From Octopus sinensis (lineage: Eukaryota): a DNA stretch of 16,811 bases. Of this stretch, positions 7,501 to 16,659 are shown one piece after another (the first letter of the stretch is position 1; each line of letters starts with the position of its first letter). Location of the stretch: contig NW_021825101.1 in assembly GCF_006345805.1 (NCBI RefSeq), positions 1 through 16,811 of the forward strand, given 5' to 3'. The notes beneath the pieces are model-generated. The model did no database searches. It was given only the letters and a program-made list of their open reading frames with translations, and was not told where the DNA came from. A program made the position numbers and the translations under genes.

Positions 7501-7735
7501 ATATATATATATATAAGTTGACTACAAGCACTTGTTTATGTTATATATAAAACATAATTCTTTGTTAACTTTTCTGGTACTAAACATTGAAATACTCAAA
7601 TAAAAGATCAAAAAGAAAATCAATACACAAAACATATATAACACTAACATATATACACAGACAAAGCGATATGATGTATATATATATATGCATATATATA
7701 TAATATAATGTATGTATATATGATGCATTATATAT

Positions 7736-7766
<31 letters not shown>

Positions 7767-8420
7767 ATATAGATTTATGTATATATATATATGTATGTAT
7801 ATATGTTAATGTATATATATATGTATGTATATGTATGATGTATATATATATAATATGTGTGTATATATATATATGTGTACATATATACCTATATATTCTA
7901 TATATATATATATAATATATTATATGTGTGTGTTGTATATATATATGTATATATATATATGTGTATATATATGTTATATATATAATATGTGTATATATAT
8001 ATATGTATATATTATATAAATATTTATATATATATGTTTATATATTTACATATATATATATATATACATATATATTTTATATATTTACATATAGATATAT
8101 GTGTATATATATATATATTTACATATAGATATATGTGTATATATATATATATATTTACATATATATATGTATATATATTTACGCACACATACATACATAT
8201 ATATATGCATGTATATACACATATGTGTATGTATATATATATATATATAATAAATATAAATTATAATAAAATAAGGGAAATGAAAATATTTTTAATAAAA
8301 GTTTTCAAGAAAACGACTACCAGAGTTCCATGCACAAATACACACACACATGCATACACACACACACACACTCAAACATACACACACACACACTCACACA
8401 TACACACACAAACACACATC
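7455..8420. repeat. Long compound (TA)n/(TG)n/(CA)n low-complexity tract
   Basis: Directly visible; source of several spurious YI/CI-rich ORFs. Confidence 0.9.
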
Positions 8421-8556
8421 CTGAATAATGTTTTCAATACAAATAATAATAAAAGAAGAAATATAAAACACCTCTTATTGTCTTTGGTTATTGATGTATA
8501 CACTGTTTGTGTAGAATCGGTAGAGCATCGATCAAAATGCTTAGTGGCATTCCTTT

Positions 8557-8706
8557 AGGGGTAGGTGTGGCTGTCAGGCAAGAATTTTGCTTCCCGACCA
8601 CATGGTTCTGGGTTCAGTGTTATTGAGCATTTGTCTTCTAGTACGGCTTCAGGTCAACCAAAACCTTGTGAGTGGATTTGGTAGATGGAAACTGAAAGAA
8701 GCCCAT

Positions 8707-8707
<1 letters not shown>
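8557..8707 (+). mobile_element. Diverged family 1 SINE 5' half
   Basis: TGGCTGTCAGG...CCACATGGTTCTGGGTTCAGT...CCTTGTGAGTGGATTTGGTAGATGGAAACTGAAAGAAGCCC, with an internal deletion relative to 9129-9290. Confidence 0.8.
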
Positions 8708-8741
<34 letters not shown>

Positions 8742-8743
8742 TA

Positions 8744-9050
8744 TAACAGGAAGCTTTACGAAAATAAACAAAAGACGAAGGCAGGTGGAATATAAACAAA
8801 CAATTGTATTAGTATGGCGCTCAGGAATATAAATAAAACAAGTCTTTTACGTTTCGAGCCTACGCTCTTCAACAGAAAGATACACAGAAAAGAAACACGG
8901 AGAGAATCAAGGAAAGAAAAAAGATGCGTGCAGAAGCTAGCGAATCAACATGGCGATCTGATTCCGGCCAGAAGTCAAAGATCAAACGTGAGACGCAAGA
9001 GCGAAAATAGGGGAGATAACAGGGTCAAATGACCAATGCCCCAACAAAGG
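8744..9050 (-). mobile_element. Penelope-type terminal repeat fragment; same family as 12064-12600
   Basis: 8750-8900 is collinear with three copies at 12064-12600 (AAAAGACGAAG-CAGGTGG...TGTATTAGTAT...CTCAGGAAT...AAGTCTTTTACGTTTCGAGCCTACGCTCTTC-ACAGAAAG) and contains a minimal hammerhead-like fold. Assignment to Penelope is inferred from that fold. Confidence 0.6.
8843..8880 (-). ncRNA. 38-nt minimal hammerhead-like fold with variant core CUGUUGA
   Basis: Minus strand: TCTTT-CTGTTGA-A-GAGC-GTAG-GCTC-GAA-ACGT-A-AAAGA: 5-bp stem I, 4-bp stem II, loopless palindromic ACGT stem III, GUA site (A17 at 8848). Confidence 0.58.
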
Positions 9051-9128
9051 GTGTGTGTGTGTGTATGAGAGAGTATGTAGTGCATATAAGAGGTCTGGCC
9101 GTGTGTATGTATGTATGATGTGATATAT

Positions 9129-9523
9129 AGGCGCAGGAGTGGCTGTGTGGTAAGTAGCTTGATAACCAACCACGTGGTTCTGGGTTCAGTCCCACTGCGT
9201 GGCATCTTGGGCAAGTGTCTTCTGCTATAGCCCCGGGCCGACAAATGCCTTGTGAGTGGATTTGGTAGACGGAAACTGAAAGAAGCTTGTCTTATATATG
9301 TATATATATATATAATGTATGTATGTGTGTGTGTTGTCCCCCTAGCATTGCTTGACAACCGATGCTGGTGTGTTTACGTCCCGTCACTTAGCGGTTCGGC
9401 AAAAAAGAGACCGATAGAATAAGTACTGGGCTTACAAAGAATAAGTCCCGGGGTCGATTTGCTCGACTAAAATGGCGGTGCTCCAGCATGGCCACAGTCA
9501 AATGACTGAAACAAGTAAAAGAG
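9129..9523 (+). mobile_element. Family 1 tRNA-headed SINE, full length
   Basis: AGGCGCAGGAG-TGGCTGTGTGG (A box)...GGTTCAGTCCC (B box)...internal TA/TG microsatellite...CAAGTAAAAGAG tail. Confidence 0.92.
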
Positions 9524-9569
9524 AATATATATATATATTATATATAGAGATATATATACACGCACATAT

Positions 9570-9786
9570 ATATTCAGCATCTCTGAATTCTTGTAAAGAT
9601 GAAGGATTTAATATCCACAGTTGAGGAGATACTCAACTGATTGAAAAGGGGAAGGATGTCTGCAATAGTTTCCATGGCATCTGTTAGCTGTGGTTGGAAA
9701 AGTCTTTTGTTGGTTAATGTTGGATAGATTGCTGATGAGGTTCTACCGAAATTACAATGTGGGTTTAGAGGTCATAGCAGTACTAT
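9570..9786 (+). pseudogene. RTE-clade LINE ORF relic, segment upstream of the RT core
   Basis: Frameshifted ...VVGKVFCWLMLDRL / EVLPKLQCGFRGHSST (from 9737) corresponds to the RTE motif GK.....LL.RL...LPE.QCGFR...ST. Confidence 0.65.
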
Positions 9787-10192
9787 ACTTCTACTTTTAC
9801 TTTTACTTGTTCCAGTCATTTGACTGCGGCCATGCTGGAGCATCGCCTTTAGTCAAGCAAATCAACCCCGGGACTTATTCTTTGTAAGCCCAGTACTTAT
9901 TCTATCGGTCTCTTTTCTGCCGAACCGCGAAGTGACGGGGGACGTAAACACACCAGCATCGGTTGTCAGTCAAGTGCTAGGGGGACAAACACACACACAC
10001 ACACATACATATATATACATATATACGACAGGCTTCTTTCAGTTGTCTGTCTACCAAATCCACTCACAAGGCGTTGGCCAGCCCGGGGCTATAGCAGAAG
10101 ACACTTGCCCAAGATGCCACGCAGTGGGACTGAACCCAGAACCATGTGGTTGGTCAGCAAGCTACTTAGCACACAGCCACGCCTGCGCCTAT
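9787..10192 (-). mobile_element. Family 1 SINE, full length, inserted in the RTE relic
   Basis: Reverse complement collinear with 9129-9523. Confidence 0.92.
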
Positions 10193-10320
10193 GGATATGA
10201 TATTTTCAGCTAGACAGTTATATATATATATATATGTATGTATGTGTGTGTGTGTGTGTGTGTATGTATGTGTCTGTATGTATGTATGTATGTATATATA
10301 TATATATATTATGTATATGT

Positions 10321-10701
10321 ATCATCATCATTATCATTTAACGTCCGTTTTTCATGCTAGCATGGGTTGGACGGTTCAACTGGGGTCTGTGAAGCTGGAA
10401 GGCTTCATCAGACCCAGTCAGATCTGGCAGTGTTTCTACGGCTGGATGCCCTTCCTAATGCCAACCTCACCATCGTGAGTGTAGTGGTGCTTTTTACGTG
10501 CCACCCGCACAGGTGCCAGACAGAGCTGGCAAACGGCCACGAACGGATGGTGCTTTACGTGTCACCAGCACGGGGGCCAGGCGAGGCTGGCCACGGACAC
10601 GAACGGATGGTGCTTTTACTTGCCACCAATACGGGGGCCAGACAGAGCTGGCAAACGGCCACGAACAGATGGTGCTTTTACATGTCACCTGCACGGGGGC
10701 C
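10321..10701 (-). mobile_element. RTE-type 3' end element with (GAT)n tail and internal ~62-bp tandem repeat
   Basis: Minus strand reads GGTTGGCATTAGGAAGGGCATCCAGCCGTAGAAAC...GTCCAACCCATGCTAGCATGAAAAACGGACGTTAAATGATAATGATGAT; same terminus as 14035-14119. Confidence 0.7.
10485..10701. repeat. ~3.5 tandem copies of a 60-63 bp GC-rich unit
   Basis: Units begin TGGTGCTTT at 10485, 10548, 10608 and 10670. Confidence 0.9.
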
Positions 10702-10714
10702 TGTATATAATATA

Positions 10715-10747
<33 letters not shown>

Positions 10748-10752
<5 letters not shown>

Positions 10753-11353
10753 GCATCGAACAGGATGTGGACTTAAAACAGTTTTTATTGATCTGATAAA
10801 AGCATTTGATTCTGTAAATAGAGTTGCAGTTTGCGAAATGCTGAAAAAGCTGGGCTACCCTGAAAAACTTGTGAGAAGGCATAGAAAATTTCATGATGAG
10901 ACGGTGGTAAGAGTTAATGTTGGATGTACCTTGTGAGATCCAGTTTCTGTAGTAAATGGTGTAAAACCGGGTGATATTCCTGCTTCCACCTTGTTTGTTC
11001 TGTATTTTACAATAGTTTTATAAATAGCTTTTAAAGATTGAAGTGAAGGGGTCTATGTGAGATATAGAAGAGCAGGAAAACTTTTGAGCCCAAACAAAAA
11101 TTCTTCAGTCTCGCATCAGTGAGTTCTTGTATGCAGATGATTGTGACCCGTTAGCACATTCCCAGGAATGAAACACATGATGGACGTGATTTCTGCTGCA
11201 TGTACAGCATTGGGTCTTCCAATCAACTTGAAGGAAACTGTTCTGATGCACCAGCCTACCTGCTCCTATAACTGTGTATGGAAAAAGATTGGAAGTTGTA
11301 ACTAAATTCATTTATTTAGGAAGTACTTTGAGCACCTTTGATCTTGATGGTGA
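10748..11353 (+). pseudogene. RTE-clade LINE reverse transcriptase relic (core domains)
   Basis: VFIDLIKAFDSVNR...LKKLGYPEKLVR...FHD; NGVKPGDIPASTLFVLYF; EFLYADDCD (YADD at 11130-11141); KFIYLGSTL; multiple stops and frameshifts. Confidence 0.88.
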
Positions 11354-11508
11354 TGGCTGTGTGGTAAGTAGCTTGCTAACCAACCATATGGTTCCGGGTT
11401 CAGTCCCACTGTGTGGCATCTTGGGCAAGTGTCTTCTGCTATAGCCCCGGGCCGACAAATGCCTTGTGAGTGGATTTGGTAGACGGAAACTGAAAGAAGC
11501 CTGTCGTA

Positions 11509-11567
<59 letters not shown>

Positions 11568-11896
11568 TTGTGTGTCTGTGTTTGTCCCCCTAGCATTGCT
11601 TGACAACTGACGCTGGTGTGTTTACGTCCCCGTCACTTAGCGGTTCGGCTAAAGAGACCGATAGAATAAGTACCGGGGTCGCTTTGCTCGATTAAAGGCG
11701 GTGCTCCAGCATGAAACACATGATGAACGTGATTTCTGCTGCATGTACAGCACTAAGTCTTCCAATCAACTTGAAGGAAACTGTTCTGATGCACCAGCCT
11801 ACCTGCTCCTATAACTGTGTATGGAAAAAGGTTGGAAGTTGTAACTAAATTCATTTATTTAGGAAGTACTTTGAGCACGTTTGGTCTTGGTGGTGA
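11168..11896 (+). repeat. 186-bp direct duplication (11168-11353 and 11711-11896) flanking a SINE
   Basis: The copies align without gaps with 8 substitutions by hand count (about 96% identical). Confidence 0.92.
11354..11713 (+). mobile_element. Family 1 SINE clipped at both ends, with an internal deletion
   Basis: Starts at TGGCTGTGTGG (lacks AGGCGCAGGAG), ends at CTCCAGCATG (lacks tail); the segment between the two GAATAAGT motifs is deleted. Confidence 0.88.
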
Positions 11897-12031
11897 ATAG
11901 TATAGAATCAGTAAGTGCCTTTGGGGTAGGCTTAACAAGCGTCTCTGGTCACACCATAGTATACCTTTCCAAACTAAAGTTAGGGTTGATTGCACATGTG
12001 CTATAAACTTTAGTTAGAGTTTATGTATGTG

Positions 12032-12062
<31 letters not shown>

Positions 12063-12063
12063 T

Positions 12064-12600
12064 AGGGAGAGTTACGAAAAAAAAACAAATAGTACGATGA
12101 CAGGTGGTGAACAAACAAACATGTATTAGTATAACGCTCAGGAATAGAAAAAGTCTTTTAGTTTACTATGCTCTTCTACAGAAAGGACACAGGAAAACAA
12201 GGAGAGAAAAAAAATGTGATGTAGTAGCTACAATATATATGGTGTGTATATATATTATAGGGAGAGTTACGAAAAAAAACACAAAAGACGAAGACAGGTG
12301 GTGACAAAACAAACATGTATTAGTATAATCTCAGGAATTCGAAAAAGTCTTTTCGTTTCGGCCTATGTCTCACAGAAAGGGACACAGAGACAAAACAAAT
12401 TGTCAGGATAATGTTCTATCTATATATATATTATATATATGAGGAAAGTTTACAAAAAAAACAAAAGACAAAGACAGGTGGTGGACAAAACAACAGATGT
12501 ATAGTAGTTAATCAGGAATAGAAAAAGTCTTTACGTTCGAGCCTATGCTCTTCTACAGAAAGGGACATAGAAAAAAAACAAGGAGAGAATATGTGTGTGT
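12064..12600 (-). mobile_element. Three tandem, decayed Penelope-type terminal repeats (about 12064-12230, 12259-12400, 12441-12600)
   Basis: Same family as 8750-8900; each retains a damaged CTGT(A)GA-AGAGC...GAA(A)C-GT fold on the minus strand; separated by TA runs. Confidence 0.65.
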
Positions 12601-12619
12601 ATATAAGAAAAAAACCTTT

Positions 12620-13150
12620 CCATATAGCAGTTTTGCTATATGGAGGTGAGACATGGGTTGTTTATCATAGGAATTTAAGACATTTGGAATGATATCGATA
12701 TTGTTTTGGAAAATTCTTGGGATAAATTGGAAAATGGACATCAGTGATGCAGAAGTACTTGAGAGAAGTGGTAGTGGGAGTGTAGAATCAATGATTCTGC
12801 AAAGTCATATGAGGTGGGGTGGCCATCTGGTAAGAATGAATGAGGAAAGACTTCCCAAGCAACTCTTGTATGGAAGATGGTAGGAAAGCAGCACATAGCC
12901 CCAAAATGAGGTCCAAGGACTGCCTTAGAATTGCTCTGACACAAACATGAGTTTCAGTTGTTGACTGGGAGTGGGAGGCACTAGACTGAGATGGGTGGAG
13001 GAAGAGAGTGCAGAGTGGTTGTGCGAGGTTTGAGGGAGAGAGAATGAAGCATGAGAAGATAAGGAGACAGCTTAGAAGGAGTGAACCTTCTAAGGGAAGC
13101 GGGTTTGTGGGAGGAGGTGCTTAAGTCATGCTGGCCTTATCAGCCGAGAA
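12620..13150 (+). pseudogene. RTE-clade LINE ORF relic, C-terminal region
   Basis: AVLLYGGETWVVYHRNLRHLE / ILGINWKMDISDAEVLERSG...MRWGGHLVRMNEERLPKQLLYG, typical of RTE/BovB-like C-termini; preceded by RLWSHHSIPFQTK at about 11939-11978. Confidence 0.85.
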
Positions 13151-13183
13151 CTCACAGGAATCGACCCATGGTGAATTGCTATA

Positions 13184-13410
13184 TACTCTCTTTACTCTTT
13201 TACTTGTTTCAGTCATGTGACTGCGGCCATGCTGGAGCACCGCCTTTAGTTGAGCAAATCGACCCAGGACTTATTCTGTAAACCTGTACATATTTTATCG
13301 GTCTCTTATTTTTGCCGAACCGCGAAGTGACGGGGACATCACACACCAGCATGGTTTCAAGCAATGCTAGGGGACAAACACAGACACACAAACATATACA
13401 CACACCATAC
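13184..13410 (-). mobile_element. Family 1 SINE 3' half
   Basis: TACTCTCTTTACTCTTTTACTTGTTTCAGTCA...GGGACAAACACAGACACAC. Confidence 0.85.
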
Positions 13411-13431
13411 ATATATATATATATATATATA

Positions 13432-13808
13432 TACTCTTTACTCTTTTACTTGTTTCAGTCATTTGACTGGAGCACCGCATTTAGTTGAGCAAATCGACCC
13501 CAGGACTTATTCTTTGTAAGCCTAGTACGTATTTTATCGGTCTCTATTTTTGCCGAACCGCTAAGTGACGGGGACATAAACACACCAGCATTGGTTGTCA
13601 AGCAATGCTAGAGGGACAAACACATACATGCACACACATATATATATATACATATATACAACAAGCTTCTTTCAGTTTCCGTCTACCAAATCCACTCACA
13701 AGGCTTTGGTCGGCCCGAGGCTATAGTAGAAGACACTTGCCCAAGGTGCCATCCAGAACCATGTGGTTCATAAGCAAGCTACTTACCACACAGCCACTCC
13801 TACGCCCA
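13432..13808 (-). mobile_element. Family 1 SINE, near full length with small deletions (including the B box)
   Basis: Collinear with other copies; GCAGTGGGACTGAAC missing near 13750. Confidence 0.88.
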
Positions 13809-14034
13809 TGGCTACTGTTTACAACAAAATATGTGTAACCTGTGGAAAAGTGTTGGAAGATAGAAAAGGCACGTCAAAAGAGTTCATACTGTGGCACCTG
13901 TGCCTTCTGCCAAGCAACACAGCTGTGCATTATATATAATAGAATGTGTAACACTTTTCACTTTTGCTATTTGCAGTGGTACCTTGGTTTATGAACATCT
14001 CTGATCACGAATAAACTGTGCTTTTGGTTCGCTA

Positions 14035-14086
14035 GACCTCAGTCAAATCGTCCAACCCATGCTAGCATGGAAAGTGGACGTTAAAC

Positions 14087-14119
<33 letters not shown>
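14035..14119 (+). mobile_element. Short RTE-type 3' terminus with (GAT)n tail
   Basis: GACCTCAGTCAAATCGTCCAACCCATGCTAGCATGGAAAGTGGACGTTAAAC-(GAT)n. Confidence 0.7.
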
Positions 14120-14122
<3 letters not shown>

Positions 14123-14168
14123 TATATAAAGGATGTTTTTTTTCATGGTTAGATTTGTTCAAAAACTG

Positions 14169-14208
<40 letters not shown>

Positions 14209-14392
14209 GGCCTGTTCGCATAGCCAGCGGGGTGACGTCATTTGAAGGCTAAAACAATGCAAAGTGCATTGTGACCAGCGATGTGTAGCAACATCTGATG
14301 GACTGGTCGGTCACGGTGATAGATATATATATATATATATATATACATATAATTATATATATTCACATATGCATATATATATATATATATAT

Positions 14393-14932
14393 GTTAGTTA
14401 GTTAGTTAGTTAGTTAATTTGGCTCAAAAGCAAATAGCAAGGCCATGTAGGGGGGACATGGAGTTAGGTACAGGGTGGTGTTCATGTAAAGAGTTCAGGC
14501 CACTTGAGGTCAAGGGAGGCTTTGAACAAAGCGGTCGTTGGCATCTTCACCATCTCGTCTGGCAGCTTGTTCCACGGATCCGCAACCCGGACGGAGAAAG
14601 CTCCTCTCCTTCGATTGAGATGAAATCGTCGCAGGTAGAGCTTTTCGGAATGACCCCCCAGCCGACGCTCTGGAGCAGGAGTGAAGAACAGCTCTTTCGA
14701 GAGGTTACACTTTCCGCTTATGATGTTGTGGGCGAGAATGAGATCACCACGGCGGCGGCAGCGTTTTTCAAGAGAATAAAGGTCGAGCGTCCTCAGCCTT
14801 TCTTCGTAGGGCAAATTTTTGAGACCATGAACCATGCGGGTAGCCAGCTTCTGGACTCTTTCGAGATGCTGTATGTCTTTGAGGAGATAAGGAGAAGAGG
14901 CTTGAATCCCATACTCCAATATGGGTCTATAT
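14393..14932 (-). mobile_element. 5'-truncated CR1-type LINE (ORF2 C-terminus, short 3' UTR, (AACT)n tail)
   Basis: YRPILEYGIQASSPYLLKDIQHLERVQKLATRMVHGLKNLPYEERLRTLDLYSLEKR..RGDLI...FSVRVADPWNKLPDEMV...FKASLD, open to the stop at 14482; (GTTA)n on + at 14393-14416; 5' end abuts a TA run. Confidence 0.9.
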
Positions 14933-15162
14933 ATATACTTATATGTATACAAAATCATATTTTTATTATGGAGGCAACACAGGCGAAGTCTAATAGAACA
15001 TAATTAAAATAGGTATTCGAAACTTATATAAATACATTTATTCTCTATAAAATCGAAATAAAATTCCAGAATATATAAACATATATAAATAGACAAATGT
15101 CGATGCAATACATAAAACAAGATTGAATTGAAGTAAGAACGATTGGATTTAAGAAAATATCA

Positions 15163-15654
15163 TTTACTCTTTTTTACTTTTGAGCCTAGTACTTATTCTA
15201 TCAGTCTCTTTTGCTGAACCACTAAGTGACGGGGACGTAAACACACCAGCATCGGTTGTCAAGCAATGCTAGGGGGACAAACACAGACACACAAACATAT
15301 ACACACATATACATACATATATATATATATACATATATACGACAGGCTTCTTTCAGTTTCCGTCTACCAAATCCACTCACAAGGCTTTGGTTGGCCCGGG
15401 GCTATAGTAGAAGACACTTGCCCAAGGTGCCATGCAGTGGGACTGAACCCGGAACCATGTGATTGGTATATATATATATACATATATACGACAGGCTTCT
15501 TTCAGTTTCCGTCTACCAAATCCACTCACAAGGCTTTGGTCGGCCCGAGGCTATAATAGAAGGCATTTGCTCAAGGTGCCACGCAGTGGGACTGAACCCT
15601 GAACCATGTGGTTGGTAAGCAAGCTACTTACCACACAGCCACTCCTGCACCTAT
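15163..15654 (-). mobile_element. Family 1 SINE with duplicated 5' half and deleted 3' domain
   Basis: ACGACAGGCTTCTTTCAGTTTCCGTCTACC...GAACCATGTG occurs twice (about 15339-15466 and 15489-15610); only the second continues to the head CAGCCACTCCTGCACCTAT. Confidence 0.85.
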
Positions 15655-16058
15655 TTAAAATCTTACATTTAAAATCTTAGTAGTTTAGTATGATGAAATG
15701 AAAAATTGGACTTGAAAGGAATAAGTACTAAAAAGACATATTAAAACCAACGAAAGAAAACATATGAAAATCACATTCACGGGCCGTTTCAGAGATTTGC
15801 CAAGGAATGTGATGTATTTCATATTATTAATCATGGCACTCCATTCATCACGGTCTTACACAATGTTCATAAATACATCTACATACCAGGACCGGTCAAC
15901 CGAGAGCACAATGTAAGATATTATCCTCAAACCTGTATTTTGAATATAGCTCGCGGGACATTTAACTATCTGTATTCAAGTGAGTTATTCTTAACATTTA
16001 CAAGCTTCAAATGAACTATATATTTTATACATACAGGCATATATATATATAATAAATA

Positions 16059-16455
16059 TAGGCGTAGGAGTGGCTGTGTGGTAAGTAGCTTGCTTACCAA
16101 CCACATGGTTCCGGGTTCAGTCCCACTGCGTGCCACCTTGGGCAAGTGTCTTCTGCTATAGCCTCGGGCCGACCAATGCCTTGTGAGTGGATTTGGTAGA
16201 CGGAAACTGAAAGAAACCCGTCGTATATGTGTATGTGTGTATAAGTTTGTGTGTCTATGTTTGTCCCCCCCCCCCCACATCGCTTGACAACCGATGCTGG
16301 TGTGTTTATGTCCCTGTAACTTAGCGGTTCAGCAAAAGAGACTGATAGAATAAGTACTAGGCTTGAAAAGAATAAGTCCTGGTGTCGATTTGCTTGACTA
16401 AAGGCAGTGCTCAAGCATGGCCACAGTCAAATGACTGAAACAAGTAAAAGAGTAA
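16059..16455 (+). mobile_element. Family 1 SINE, full length
   Basis: AGGCGTAGGAGTGGCTGTGTGG...GGTTCAGTCCC...CAAGTAAAAGAGTAAA. Confidence 0.92.
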
Positions 16456-16470
16456 ATATATATATATATA

Positions 16471-16659
16471 TTCTTTTGTTCTTTTGTTTCAGTCATTTGA
16501 ATGTTCATCTGGGGCGTGCTGGAGCCTAATTTTATGGAGCAAATCAATCTCGGTATTTGTTCTTTGTAAGAACATTCTATCAGACTCTTCTATTGGATCG
16601 CTAACTTACAGGGATGTAAACACACCTACATCGGTTTGTCAAGAGATGGTATAGGGACA
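16471..16659 (-). mobile_element. Old, diverged family 1 SINE 3' half
   Basis: TTTTGTTTCAGTCATTTGA...GCTGGAGC...GAGCAAATCAA...TTCTTTGTAAG...GTAAACACACC, heavily substituted. Confidence 0.72.

Noticed and set aside
7522-8558. Several ORFs of 64-189 aa
   Set aside because: Translations of (TA)n/(CA)n microsatellites (YI/HT repeats); not genes.
9733-9760. CTGATGA-GGT-TCT-ACC-GAAA, a perfect-looking hammerhead core
   Set aside because: No stem I complementarity, the putative position 17 is G, and the bases encode EVLPKLQCGFR in the RTE reading frame; best explained as coincidence.
10485-10701. Regular ~62-bp periodicity considered as a CRISPR-like array
   Set aside because: Whole units are homologous with no unique spacers, and the context is eukaryotic; it is a minisatellite.
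14205-14322. GC-richer island between TA runs, probably the 3' part of another SINE
   Set aside because: No second copy or diagnostic motif within the window; needs a repeat-library search.
14419-15003. 194-aa plus-strand ORF
   Set aside because: Antisense shadow of the CR1 ORF2 fragment; no independent coding evidence.
15770-15813. 9-bp inverted repeat ATCACATTC/GAATGTGAT enclosing GAAAC-GGCCC-GT on the minus strand
   Set aside because: No CUGANGA and no valid NUH site; not supportable as a ribozyme or terminator.
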